From positions 34,224,001 to 34,288,000 of the forward strand of contig CM052832.1 in NCBI GenBank assembly GCA_028534125.1: a stretch of 64,000 nucleotides of DNA. The letters are read 5' to 3'. The notes below the pieces were generated by a model, which had not been told where the DNA came from, made no database searches, and was given only the letters and a program-made list of their open reading frames with translations. Origin of the DNA: Lama glama. Lineage: Eukaryota. Made by a program: the position numbers and the translations under genes. This document shows positions 38,433 through 51,232 of the stretch, in pieces; the stretch's first letter is position 1, and every line of letters starts with the position of its first letter.

Positions 38433-39794
38433 ACCCCAGCAGCACACGTGACGAGACGCACGTGGAGCACGTGGGGGGGCATGTACATGCGGGTCTCCCC
38501 TGTGCTCTCCCCACCCACGGGGCTTAAAAGCTACGTCTTTGTGGACCGCACAGGGGCCATGTCTGTGGTCCACACTGCTGTCACTCGGTCACGGCGTCTT
38601 TGTTCCGTCCACCCCTGCGTCTGTCTTACCCCGCCGTTCGCCTCCTTCCTCGTCGGTGCAGACGGATGATCTGTAGTGAGATTTCCACTGTGTTCCCCTG
38701 TTCCTCACCCCCCCCACCCGCCGCAGGAACCAGTCCCCGAGGATGAGGAGCGAAACTCTGAGCCTCTTCCCTGGATCCCGAGGTGACACCCACGCCTGTA
38801 GCCCGTTCACCCTGATTCTCTCTGAACACGTGGCTCTGCAGCCTTCACTTTGGAAAATCACCTTGGCTTCTACTAGATACTAAGGGTGCACAGGAACCTG
38901 TCTGCGTGTAACCCCCAGTGCGGCCCCCGAGAGACTGGGGCAGGGCCGGGGGCGTCTCCCTGTTTGCTCCGGCCCTGCTGAAACACAGGTGCTGGGGGAC
39001 CCTCTCAAATGTGGTAATTTCTGCACCTGTTTCACAAAGAGTTTAACCTGTCCCAGTTTTGGTCCTAAACACAGAGACCTTAAAAGAGGAGTGGCCCAGC
39101 AAAGCAAACAGCGTCACCGCCCAGGTTGGACTTGGGGACAGACCCGCCACCTCTGAGGGCGTCCCCGAGACTCCCTTTCCTTCAAGCTGTTCTTTTCAGC
39201 CACACGGGAAGTCGGCGCAGTGGAATGCCCGCACCTGTCCTGGTTTCAACCTCTTATTTCAGCTTCTTCACCCGCGGCTCAGCACGTCTGGCGCGCAGAC
39301 CGCGTGGCTGTGGCTGAGGCCGGTTCACTTTTCCTCTAGCGTGTCCATTCTGGGCCAATATTCCAGGGCCTCTGGCGACAGGAGAACTCACAAGGAGGGA
39401 GGGATCGTCCCGGTGTCCACAGAATCTCAAGGACTGCCCACAGCCGGGCTGGGAAGTCCAGCAGCCCCACCGCTGTCCCTGTCCAAGCCGGCTTCTCCGT
39501 CAGTGCTGGTGGCTGAGCGTAGTGACAGCAAGTGGGTCAGTGGCGACCAGGACACAAGTTTGCCTGGAACCTGTCGCCTGCACTGCCCTCCTTCCCCGCT
39601 CCCTGCGGGTGGAACCACACAGGTTGAAGGCGAGGGATAACCCAGAGGATCTCCCAGCCTCCCTGGTACCCGGGGTGACGCGTCTGTCACAGCGACAGGT
39701 GAGCCCGCGTCAAGCCGGCTGGACGCAAGCCCAGGTCTGCTGTGGGCCTCTGAGGTGCGTCGTCTTTCCTGATAAAAGGAAACAGATCTGGCTG

Positions 39795-39975
39795 GTGTGG
39801 CCTTCAGTCTCCTTCCTGCCTTGCATGTGAGTGTGATGGTTGGAGCTGCAGCAGCTGTCTTGCAACCATGCGGGGAAGGGTAGAAGAGGTGCAGAGACGT
39901 GAGCCTGGCATCACTGATCAGCTGCATATGCTGCTTACGCTGAAACGCGCCATTATGTTAGACCTGAGCCCTTCT
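39795..39975 (+). mobile_element. MaLR LTR fragment (MLT1J/K-like)
   Basis: cttcctgccttgcatgtgagtgtgatggttggagctgcagcagctgtcttgcaaccatg. Confidence 0.7.
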
Positions 39976-40045
39976 AACGCCGTCGTAGTCCAGTCTTCTG
40001 CCACTTGCCGCTCAGTGCGTCCCTAACCGATTGGTGACCTCTCAG

Positions 40046-40059
40046 GCGTTTCTTTACAA
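40046..40059 (+). CDS. Candidate 14-nt microexon
   Basis: Branch-point consensus ccctaac (40021), then gacctctcag|GCGTTTCTTTACAA|gtgagt. Confidence 0.3.
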
Positions 40060-43000
40060 GTGAGTAGGTATCCACTCTGCCCTTCCTCCTGCTGCAGACA
40101 CGAACACATGCTTCTGTCCGTTTGTTGTAAACGCCATTCTGGAAATCTGCGTGTCTGCCCAAAGCCTACACGAGCACACGTGTGTGAGAACACACTTGGC
40201 TGGAGGGTCGGGGTCACTGGTCACCGGCTCGGCTGCTGCAGGGGAGCGGGGCTGCAGGGGGGGCCTGTGTGTGGGGAGGTCTCCGCCAGGCCGTCCTGCA
40301 CTCGCCTGAGGAAGCTTCCCTGCCCAGCCGCCGCACCCTCCCTCCCCCACCCCACCCGCTCCCCTGGGGATTAGCGTGAGGTCTGCCCATTTAACCGTCA
40401 GCGTTTGACATGGTCAGACTTGAAAATCATGACTTTTTCCTTGTCCCAGACATGAACAAATCAACCTTGATCCTCTACCTGCCACTCCCTCGCTAATAAA
40501 TTAGCAGAGTTTACATAACCTGCAGCCGGGCAGTTTGCTGGGCGCCGTTCAGCGCCGTCATCAGCTCACGTCTCTCGGGTGGAATTTTCCTCCTGTGTTG
40601 GTGCAAAGGCAGAAAAGTCTGAACACCTCTTGTAGGTGATGTTTTAAACAGCGAGCGGGTGGTGACCCTCGCTTTAAAAGTAGCCAACAGCGTCGCCCCC
40701 CCGCCCCGAGTGCTGGCGAGGTGCCGGCACCCTCCCTGCCCTGGCCCCGGGGTTGTCGTGGGATTCCCGGGGGTGGGAGCTTACCTTCCCACCGACGGGA
40801 GGAGCGCCGGGTGGGTCCAAGACGGTCGGAGCTCGGGGTCTGTGTCCTCAGCAGCACCCGTGTTGCCAAGTCTGCGGAGGGAGGTGTCCCCGGTCCCGAC
40901 CCCCTCCCCAGGCTCTCGGAGGCCCCAGGCATCTGGCGTGAGGGCCCGGGGCAGGAGCGCGTGGCTGCTGATGGAGCCACTCGCCTCAGGATGCTGGAGC
41001 TCTGCCTCTGCAGCGTGGGGCCTGGGAGGCAGAGTCACGACCTGCAGGGCTAATGTGTCTCCGTTTTCCCCACGTGAGAGAGAAGAGAGAGCCCTAAGCA
41101 CGTGGCGGGCTGTCCAACACGAGCGCCTCCGTGGCCCAGCCTGAGTCCAGGCCGCGCAGGGCACCAGGCCGGGGTTTTGCTCCAGGGTCTGTTTCCCACC
41201 AAACCCGCTCCCGGTTCCGGCACAGAGGTGCCCGGGCGCTGGCCCCTTTCACTGCCCCTGATGGAGCCAAAGTGGCAGCGGGCAAGATGCTGGCTTCTGG
41301 CCATGTTTGTCCACATCCCCCGTGAAAGCACGTGGGCAGACAGACGTCCTCGAGGGCAGCGAGTGTGATGGGGTCCGGTCTTGGCCCCGGGCAGGTCCTG
41401 GTCACGTCTGGAGCGGGAGGACGTCCCCACAGGCCCTCCCACGTGCAGCATCATCCACAGAAGAGGACACGGGGGCTGTGGTGCCTGCTGGACAGGCGCT
41501 TTCCTGGGACAGCACTGCCACGTGCAAGGACCACGGGCGGGAAAAATCACGGTTATCCAGACACAGCCAGGGGGCAGATAGTTTCTCAAAGATGCAGGCG
41601 AGTCTGTTCCTTTAGGGGAGAGAACCAACTGCACGTACTTGCCAACGATAAACTGAGTTTTGAAGTGATGACTAGAATTTTGGAAAACTTCTATCCACAC
41701 TGTAAGCTTACAGCTTCCCGATCCTTAAATATTTTTCTAATAGGACCAGAGGTAATCTTAACAGAGGTGACTTTTAATGTTGCACAGTGAAAGTTTCAAC
41801 CCTGGGAGACCCAGCTGCAGAGCTCAGTGGGTGTTTCAGCATCGAGCAAGAGGCCCGCGGGTCTCGGGGAGACACGGCCTGAGAGGCTCCTCGAAACGGC
41901 TCAGATTCCACACTGCGGCTCGGCTCTGAGGGGCGACTGCTTCCCCAGGACCGACGAGGCGTCAGAGAGGAGCTCCCACAGTGACCTGGGCGCCGCCGCA
42001 GCCCCTCCCCTTCCCCAGCCGCGCGTCTGGGTCTGTGTGGGGCTGGATTTTGTTCACGTGCTTGAACCAAAACAACACGCTTTTGCAAAAGATTGAATCC
42101 AAAGCTGATACGAGTCCAACCACCTCACATGAAGCTGGGCGTGAGAGAGATTTGCGACAGCACAAAACAACGCCCCTTTCCTTGCTTTTTGAGAAAATTT
42201 GTTAAAATTGTTTTTAAGTTAATTTTTTTGTTGTTTTGGAGAACACAGGTTTTCCTGATAAGGATATGTGCATTAACGTGTAATAAACCTGCTATTCCAT
42301 TTTAAATGAATGATTTAATGCTTTAAAACCTTATCCATGTATGTCTACATATGTGTCTGTAAACGCTCCTCTGGGGCCCTTAGTAACTTGCAAGTGTGCG
42401 CAGAGTCCTGAGTCCCGGGGAACTGGCCAAGGACTCTTGGGCTCCTCGTTCTGTTTCTGCCTCTGCCTGGAGGGGACGATTTTCAGGACATCATCCGGGG
42501 GGAGTCTGATGTTCCTTTGGGCTCTGGTGTTACAGCTTCACTTCCCCGTGGGGTCCAAATTCTCTCCAGGACGTTTGGCTGAAACTGGCTCCGCCGAGCA
42601 CACGAGCACACGAGCGCACCCCCGTGCCCTGGTTCCCTCTGTCCCGGCTGACGCGGTGGCCACACAGCAGCACAGCCCTCGGCAGAGTTACTTCTCTTGG
42701 GGACGTCACACCGTCAGCGGAGCTGGTGGCATCAACATATCCACGCTCGGGTTTCACTAGCAGAGAGTCCCGGTTTGGAAACCAGGGGACTTCTTCGGCG
42801 CCTCTGTGTCTCTGTTGGTAAAACGGGGAAGTCAGTTGCCCACCCTGCTTTGGCGATGTCACGTTGGTGGCTTGCCGTCCGCTGTAGCAGGAGAGTTCTC
42901 ACCAGAGAGAGTGGCAAACGTTGAGAGACGGGGCTTTTGTGTTTTCTCAGAACCGGTGATTAAACGTGTAGCGGGACATCTCTGCTTCATCCTGATTACC

Positions 43001-43415
43001 TCGTAGAGAAATTAAAATAAAGCAAGTCAAATCGTGCCTGGCAGGGAGCGCCTGGCGACAGCCGGTGGCTGGCACTGCTGTGACCACGTTTCAGAGGAAG
43101 AGGTGATTCTGACACACACCGAAGTGTGGGAACCGCCGTTATGGCGGAAAAGGACCCTGGTCTGTGTACCCAGCACGATTCCTCCAGACGCGAACGTCGC
43201 GGTGGAGGGAGGTCCTCATCACCCCCTTCAGGGTCTGGACCCCTGGGGTGGGGGGGTCCCGTGAAGGCAGGACAGCGCATCTAGACCCGCCTCGCTTTTC
43301 CGATGGGAGGGGTCAGCAGCCCCGCAGGCAGAGGCTCACAGCCGGGGGTGCCGGCGCAGCCTGCCGCTCCCGCCGCCTGCAGCGAGGCCCTGGCCCCTCT
43401 CCTCACTTCTTTCTA

Positions 43416-44019
43416 TCAGCCACGCAGTACGTTTGGCTGAACCGGGGCTTCTTTGTCTGAGGGGGAGCCATCGGGGGGGCAGGGCTCTGCAGAGGGAGGG
43501 CAGAACTTCAGCGGGACGCGCGTCACAGATGCCCCTGTGAACCAGCTTGCTTCCCCTAGGGCGACGCCTCCGGGGGATGTCTCAGCAAGTCCGTCTCCGC
43601 CGGAGGACACGCAGCCTCCCCCCAGGGTCTGGTCCAGTTTCAGCAGGAATGTCTCGAGCAATGTTCCCACGGCCTCTTCCGGAGGCAGCAGCCGAGTCTT
43701 CAGAACAGATCGACCCAGGTACTCTCTCCCCCTTTCACTTCTTGAGCCGGAGAACGGGTCCTTTGAGAAGCGTCTCCGTCCCTGGCCTCTGTGTACACGA
43801 GGTGCGAAGTGAGTGTTTTGTGGGTCCACACGCCAACGTAGTCGCTCAGAGGCCGGAGGACATCCTCCTCGGCTGACGGAGTTCAAGACCACGCGCCCCG
43901 CACGCTCTTGGGCTTTACCCAGGTCCGAGCCCTGAGTCCGAGCGCCCCAGCTTCTCTCCCCTCCGTCAGCTTCCCTCGGAGCCAGTGTGTGAATTCCTCT
44001 GAGTGGGTTCTTGCCAAGG
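43416..44019 (-). CDS. Candidate antisense exon with a 200-codon open frame, product unassigned
   Basis: The frame is open from tttctaag| (44020) to TGA at 43416, in phase with candidate exon 44573-44601. The acceptor is weak. Confidence 0.2.
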
Positions 44020-44572
44020 CTTAGAAACTAGTTTAAGTTTTTCTCATGAATGATCTCAGGCAGATTTGATTTAAAGCCTTCAGTTAAATCAGTTTTCATT
44101 CAGGAAGAAGGAGGGGGAATCGGAAGAGGAGGGGGCCTGGGGGAGGGGAGGAACGGGAGGACGAGGGACGCGGTCCACTTTAAGCACTGCTCCTTTAATG
44201 ACGTCTCTCAGATTGCTTCTGCCACTACACGAGGAAGCACGCTATTAATGCGGTTTGTGTGTGTTCGGTTCTTAATTGAGGTGTCTGTAATCGAACATCG
44301 CACTCGTGGACGCAGGGAGGACACTCACCCCGGTTGGGAGGGGGACGGCCACCGCCACGGATAAACCCCGCGCGTTTAAGTGCTCGCTGCACCGCAGACA
44401 GCAGGCTTGCATGCTCTGTCTGTTTCCCCATGTTTATTTTTGTAAAAACAGCATATGGATTTTTAATCGGCTTCATTTTTCTAAATCCTACATACGCTCC
44501 TTTAAAGTGAAACTCAAGTGGGCTTCCTTCCCAGTCGACGTGGAAACAGATGGTGATGAGCGGTGCACTTAC

Positions 44573-44601
44573 TTTCTCTTCCCCGTCCACGACTTTCTGA
44601 T
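44573..44601 (-). CDS. Candidate antisense 29-nt exon (IRKSWTGKR or DQKVVDGEEK)
   Basis: Minus strand: gtctctcttttctggttcaaag|ATCAGAAAGTCGTGGACGGGGAAGAGAAA|gtaagt. Confidence 0.3.
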
Positions 44602-47119
44602 CTTTGAACCAGAAAAGAGAGACGTGCACCATTCTTCAAAGCATTAGACGACTTTCTTCGATTTTAACTGAGTTAATCCAAGAGAAGAGAACATTGTTTC
44701 CACGCTGTCGACGTTTCCGGTGTTAAAATCGGCCCTGTGGCCACGCCTGCTGTGACCACGGGAGCTTAAATGGCTGCCAGGCCTCCACCGGGGGCTCGTG
44801 GACGAGCCGGGCGCCCTGCCGTGCTCCGCCCCTGGGGCCGGCCCTCGAGGTCACCTTCCCAGGGTCACCGCTTGTCCTTTGCAGCAGTTAGGGACACTGA
44901 CACTGGACTGAACCTTGGGAAGAAGCTCAAGGAAAGATCTGGAAGGGGACACACAGGCTGACGCCATCGTGAACCGGCCTGATGTCTGCGTGGCCCGGTC
45001 CTGCCCTGTTGAAACAAGACGGCCGGTCTCGGCTCTGACGTGGCCCCTCAAAGCCGGTGCCTGACATGCCCTCCGGTATTTGATCCAACGGAGGGTCAGT
45101 GTTTGTACGAAAGATCAGTCGCTCTGTGCCCTGGACGCCCCGGGGACTCAGCCCTCCTTTCTGGCTTTGGCTCTGTGGCCTGAGGACGGCCAGGCCTCCG
45201 GATGCTCCCTCCAGCCCCTCTTCCCGCCTCCCGAGCCCCTGACTCGCTCCTCCAGAGCTTCTTTGTGCTCTTACAGCCGAGCGCCCCTCGGGGCTGTCCG
45301 GCCACCTACACGGTCCTCGTCTTCCTCCTCCGCTGCCGGAGCCGCCCGACACCGCGGCCGGGTCTCGGGTCGTTCCTCCTCTTCGGGGACCACGTCCGGC
45401 CCTCGGTCCCCTGACCGCCCTCGTCTGACTTGCTCCAGCCTCCAGGCAGACCCTCGGCTTGTGCGGGTCTGCAGGGCTGCACGGGGCACTTGGGGGCCGT
45501 GGATGGAAGTGTGGGCTCTCCTCTGAGGTCCCTGCTCCTGCGTGGGCATGGGGGTGTCCAGGGGGCTCGGGCTGGCACTGAGTGTCCCGGGCTCCGGGTC
45601 AGCAGCCCAGGGACAGTTCTGATGGGGGGAAGGCTCGCGCTCAGCGGGCAGCGGGATGCCGACATGCCGTCCGTGTCACCACTGTGCACTGTGCCTTTGA
45701 GACACTCGCTGTCTTCCGCAGTGTTTGCCTGGTTTTGTCTCTCGGCTGGACTGAAAGCTCCTTGGAGGAGAGGACAGGACTGAGATGACAATGTGAACGA
45801 CTGATTAGACGAGACCCAGCAGCTGTCCTCGAACGCGCGTCAGCCCGTCAGCATTAAAAGGCAGAGCAGGACGCGTTTTGTTGCCTGAAGGGACGCACTT
45901 AGGTTCCAGACACCTCCGATCCGGGAGGAAGCTGCACGAACCTGGGGGCCTCTCACTCTGCGATTTCAGTGGGGAAAGAGCTGGGACCCCGGCCCCCAGC
46001 CCCACCCATGGCTGGGGGAGCGACTCCCTGCTCTACCAAGACGAGGGGCCCAGGGGCAAGCCAGAGAGAAGACAGAGACGAAAAAGGAAAAGGGGAGGGG
46101 GCGGGGCAGGGGCAGGGCAGGTGTGGGGAGGGACCCAGCCAAAGGGCCTCCGGGGTGTGGTCCCCAAATTCACCATCCTTAAAGTCTCTGGACAATTACC
46201 ATCCCCCTGTTTGAGCATTTGCCCCCTTTCACTTCTGCAAGGGACGGCCGTGGGGCATCCCGGACCAGGCTGCATGGCGGCGGCTGTGTGTCCAGGAGGC
46301 TCGCTGCGAAGCCCCGGCTCGGAGCCGCCGGGCTCCAGCCCTCCCCACGCTTTGGATCGCACCCGCCCGGCACCGTGGAACCCTGCCCTGCGTTTGCTCT
46401 CGCGGTGCAGCGGCGCTTCCCTGGGACGCCTGGGCCAGCTTGGTTCACGTCACCGCCCTCTGGTCACTGTCTCTCTGGGGCGCGAGGGGGTCACCATTAC
46501 CCGGCTGTTGCCCCTTTTTCCGAAGGGCCAGCCCTCGCGAAAGCTTGGCCACGTTTTCGAAGGTCGGAGGATGGAAACTTCTGTGGCGTCTGTTGAGTAT
46601 TTGCACCTGCATTTAATTTACTGGAGGCAGATGAAGAGCAGCCGTTACCCAAGCAGATGTAATAGTCGCCCCAGTTAGTGAGGAAGCTGGAAGTGGCATT
46701 TGAGGGAAGCCGGAGTCAGCAGTCGTCGGGGAGTAGCGGTCGACGCTCCTGCCTGAGCCACCCTCGCTGGCTTCACTTCAGTTACCAGGCCGTGTTTGTT
46801 CCCTTCCGGGACTTCACGTGCAGGCGCTGCCGACAGTGGCCCGTCATTAGATGAGCTGAGGGAGAGCCACGCCCCACAGCCCTGGGCCAGGTCGGGATCC
46901 CCAGGCTGGTCCTGGAGGGCTGAGCCGCGCAGGGCTTGGCAGACCTTCTGTCTAACTGGGTCCCAGTCCTGCCTCCGCGGCCACAGGGGACGGTGGTCCC
47001 AGCGGACGCCTGACAGGGGCTCAGCTGTGCACCTGCACAGGCTCACAAAAATCAGCCGACCATCCTGAGATCATAGGAAATGGCACTAAGTCGGCGGGGA
47101 CCGCGGGTGGGCAGCCCTG

Positions 47120-47190
47120 ACGTACAGGGTGTGGGGGTCGTACAGGGTGGGGGGTCGTACGGGGTGGGGGTCGTACGGGGTGGGGGGTCG
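47120..47190 (+). repeat. Short G-rich tandem repeat (about 4 x tcgtac[a/g]gggtggggg)
   Basis: Directly visible 16-18 nt units. Confidence 0.9.
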
Positions 47191-50100
47191 CTGATGTCTC
47201 GGATGCGCAGAGGCTTTGTCTCCTCTTATTTCTAGACTCTTAGTTCGGGAGCCAAGGTGGCTGAAGACGGGGGTCGGGAAACCACACACCTGCGGCCCCT
47301 GGGGCCGTTTCACGGCCACCTGTGGTGACAAAGGCAGGCTCGGTCGTCCCTAGTGACCTCACAGCCCACGAATCCTGAACGTCACTGCCTGGCCCGTCGC
47401 AGACAACGTCCGTGGGGCCCAGCTGAGCGCAGCCAGCGGCAGTCGTGACCTGAACGGAAGGCACAAGGCGGGCATTTGTGCGTCACACACACTCAGGAAA
47501 CACTTTGTCCTGAATCGGCTGTTCACAGATAAACCTGACAAACGGGTGAACAGAAGTTTCTGACTATTCTGCCACCAGAAGCAGCCCTCATTATGTCCCC
47601 TGAGTAACTCGAGGCCGCCTCCCCGGGCCTCCTGAGCACCTGCAGCCAGCGCTGCTCTGCGTGAGCCCATCTGGTCATCAGAACCAGGGGCACCCGGAGG
47701 AAGGGATGGGGGTCAGTGGGGGGCTGGCCCGCCCCCGGCAGCTTGGGCGCAGCCTCGGCCTCCGTCTGCAGCGATTTGCCGATGTTTCTTCTCAGGAGAC
47801 TCCGTGCTCGGTCTCGCTGGCCGACGTGAAGCCCCCGCCCAGCTACTCATCTGCAGGAAAGTGCGGGTGATGGGAGGGCGGCGCGGGTGCTTGGTGCCTG
47901 TCCTGCAGAGGCCGTGCTGGGGGAGGCGGGAACCCGGAGCAGGGCTGGTCAGCTCCAGGTGAGGGCGATGGGTGACCTGACCGTCTATGACCATGTGCCC
48001 CCTGGGCGCCCAGGACCGTGACCCCAGGAGGGAGAGAGACCATATACAGGGCTGCTGAGCCTGGAGAGCAGGAGTCCCGCCCCTGGGACTGCAGGGCGCG
48101 CCTTCTCAGGGTAGGTCACAGCCCTGCCAGGCCTGAGCTCGGGGCCACCTGGGCAGTGGGGGCCCTGCCAGGTCAGATGACGGCGTCCCCTGGGGCCCCC
48201 GCTCTGCCTCCCGCTCCGGGGCACCGCGTCACCACCAGCCAACCACCACCTCCTGTGCAAGGAGAAGGGGGTGTTTCGTAGGGAAGAGGCTTTTGACTGG
48301 CTTGTGGGGCTCGGGGGAGGAGGATCACTTTGGAGAGGAAGAGGGCTGGGGATCTGTGCGCTCTGCCCGTCTCTAAGCCTGTGTGTGCTCGTGTGTGTGC
48401 GCGTGCCCTCCGGTGCCCAGGGCAACACGCCAGGTGGCCCGGCTTGGGGTCGGTCCCCCCACCGCTTGCCGACAGCGGAGGACACTTGTGCCATCACATC
48501 GGCACACTATTTCCTTCTTTCAGAGAAAGCCAGCTCCTCTCAGAGTCTATGGATCCTGCTCTGTGTGGCCGCTGCCCCTCCCCAGCAGGTGTGCGGTAGG
48601 GTCACTGCTGGGCCTGGCTAGCTGAGGAGGCCGTCCGCACACGTCTGGGGGGACTCGAGGCTGCTCTGACCGGAGACGGGCTCTGTCTTCTGCAGCCCTC
48701 GACGCTGGTCTGCGACCTGCTCTGTGAAGTCTGGGGTCTGCTGGTTCAGAGAGCCGCAGGCGGTGGCCCAGTTCCAGCGCCGGGCAGGGCCTGGGTCTGC
48801 GCGGGGCCACGTCTAGGATGTGCTGTGCGTGCTCGCGGTTGTGGGGGCAGGGCCGGCGCAGCACAGAGCCTGCATCATCCTCATGGCGCTTGGGCGACGG
48901 GAAGGCGCTGGGGCTGCAGCCCAGTGTGTGAGGATAATGTCCCTGGAATTCACGCCAACGGCCCGCGCCACCGCTCGGTCCGCCCTCCCAGCGCTCGGGC
49001 GGCCCAGGGGCAGAGCGCTCAGCCCCCCCGCTGAGGGCGGGGGTGGGGGCGGGGGCGGTGGGGTCCCGGGGAGCACTTTGAGTGGCCTGGAGGCTACTGG
49101 CTGCACCTCAAGGGCCAGCGACCCGGTTTTGGGAGGAAAGCCCTCCTGTTCTTCCCAGGTCGCGCTCGGGGGAAGCTACCTCAGAGAAAGCTCACTTCAA
49201 GGGCGAAGCTGCAGTCGCAGGAAACAGGAGTTTTGTTCTGGTGCCTCTTGAACTTCCTCTGGGAACGTGGAACAAAAGCCCCCCAAGCTCGTCGGTGCCG
49301 CTGCCCCCTGGGGGCCCGGCCAGAACCGCGGGGGGTGGGGGCGCCGCCCTGCCCTGAAGCAGGGGACACACTGCGCTTCCTTCCTCTGCACGTGGGCAGG
49401 CTGACAGGGGCGTCGCGGGGTGGAGGCCCTCTGCTAGGTGGCCCGGCCGCGGCCCCTTGCCCGAGCGCGGTGCCACCTAGTCCCAGCTGACCGCCCCTTC
49501 CGGGCTTTCCTTCGGGCGATTGGGATGGGGATGGCGGTTTACGCAGGGGCCTCGCTTCCTTGGCTGTATTTAGCTGCTAAAACGTGCTCGTGACCTCGTT
49601 CATGGGAGCCTTCATGTGCCCCGGCTTCTCCGCTACGCACGGTGTGGGGAGTGACAGCCGCACAGGTCACGTGGGAAACAAAACAAACAGAAGCCGAAGA
49701 GGCAGCGGACGTGCTAGGCGGGGGGAGCGCCTCATGGTGTACATGGCGGGACGCTAAGGAGGAATTAGGTTCTTCAACAAAAGGAACCTTAGAGAACGTC
49801 TCGTTTAATGGTTTTCAAACTTCACGCCGCCCGTGGACCTCTGATACGGGGAGAGAAGGGGTGGCGCTCGTGGGGGCCGGCGTGGCCTCAGGGCCTGTGG
49901 TCCCGTGGTCCCTCCATCCCCCACCCCCGCAGTGACGACGGAAGGTGGGGCTCCGCCTTCAGCCTGTTCCAAAGTGAGCACATCTGTTTGTTTTCATCTC
50001 ATTTTTGAAGAAGCCATTTCTGCAACTTTTTTCCAGTTTATATGATAATTTGATGTGGTCGGACAGACACATACATGTAATTTACAAATAGGTAAATGTA

Positions 50101-50482
50101 CTTCTTGGGCGTAGATATTCGAGGGGTTTCCTGGAGGGGGCGTGTACAATTCAAAGAGTTTGGAAGCCGCCAAACGGGACCCCAAATGGGAGGCCTGGTC
50201 TGCTTTTGCCTGAGGAGGTGGGAGGTGACAGGCTTCGCCCACACGTGGATGGACCGCTGCTGTTTGGACGGGTGGGCGGCCAGGCTCCTGCCCTCCCGCC
50301 GGGGCCCTGCGCATCGCAGCGGGCTGCCTTCCAGGCCCCAAGCTCTGTGCAGGCGTTGGCTGCAATGTCAGGGCCTCCAGGAGACCTGGAATAACCCTCA
50401 CAGGCTGGCCTCGCCTGCCTGGCTGGTCTCAATAATCATCTTCCTGTGACAAACATATTTTTTCTTTTCTCCCTACAAATAG

Positions 50483-50500
50483 ATCCATCAAAATCAAAAT
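50483..50500 (+). CDS. Candidate 18-nt microexon (xPSKSK in phase 1)
   Basis: tattttttcttttctccctacaaatag|ATCCATCAAAATCAAAAT|gtaaga: strong signals on both sides and open in all frames. Confidence 0.45.
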
Positions 50501-50925
50501 GTAAGAAAAAGAGAACAAACTGGCGACGTATGGAGGAGACAGAGCGACAAAAGTCAGGGCGTGGTGTGTCCCGCGGCCACGACAAGGCTTCCTTGCCTTG
50601 GGGTCTGAGTTTTGTCTTGGACACTGGCAGACGCGGGATGGAGCTGATGTGAGCAGAGGGTCCCCAGGGGGCCGTAGACGGCCCCTGGGGTGCCAGCCGG
50701 GACTGCCCCAGGTCTGTGGGTCAGTTGAGGGGAGCTGACCTCTTGTCTAGGCTGACTCTGCACTTGCGCAAGGCGTGTCTCTCCCCTCCTGTGGGCCTTT
50801 AACTTTCTCACACTGGTGTGTGGGTCTCACACGCCTTGGGTTCGATTGAGTCATGAGGTTGAGGTCATTGCAAATGGGGCTGTGCTTTTAGTTAAAATCC
50901 CCAAGAGCCCCTCAGTCATCGCTGG

Positions 50926-51232
50926 TGCAGCCATCGGCCTGCGGTGCGGGGACGGGCTCCGGGGCCCCAGACGCAAGGACGCCCCCTTCCTCTGTGAAAC
51001 GTTGCAGTTTTGTGTGCCACCTCCACTCGTCTGCTCTAGGTTACGCACAGTGCCGGGGACAGCGCGACTGTTACGTAAATACTTGTAAGTGCAATGCGAC
51101 GTAAACAGTTCCTGGCACGTGGCAAATTCACGTGTTGCCTTTTGGGACTTTATGGAATTTTTTAAAAATATTTTTGCTCTGTGGTTGTTTGACTCTGAGG
51201 ATACAGGACACGTGGACACGAGGGCTGACTGT
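50926..51232 (+). mobile_element. MER2/MER2B (TcMar-Tigger non-autonomous DNA transposon)
   Basis: ggcacgtggcaaattcacgtgttgccttttgggactttatggaatttttt...aatattttt...ggacacgagggctgactgta, i.e. a terminal repeat followed by TA. Confidence 0.75.
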
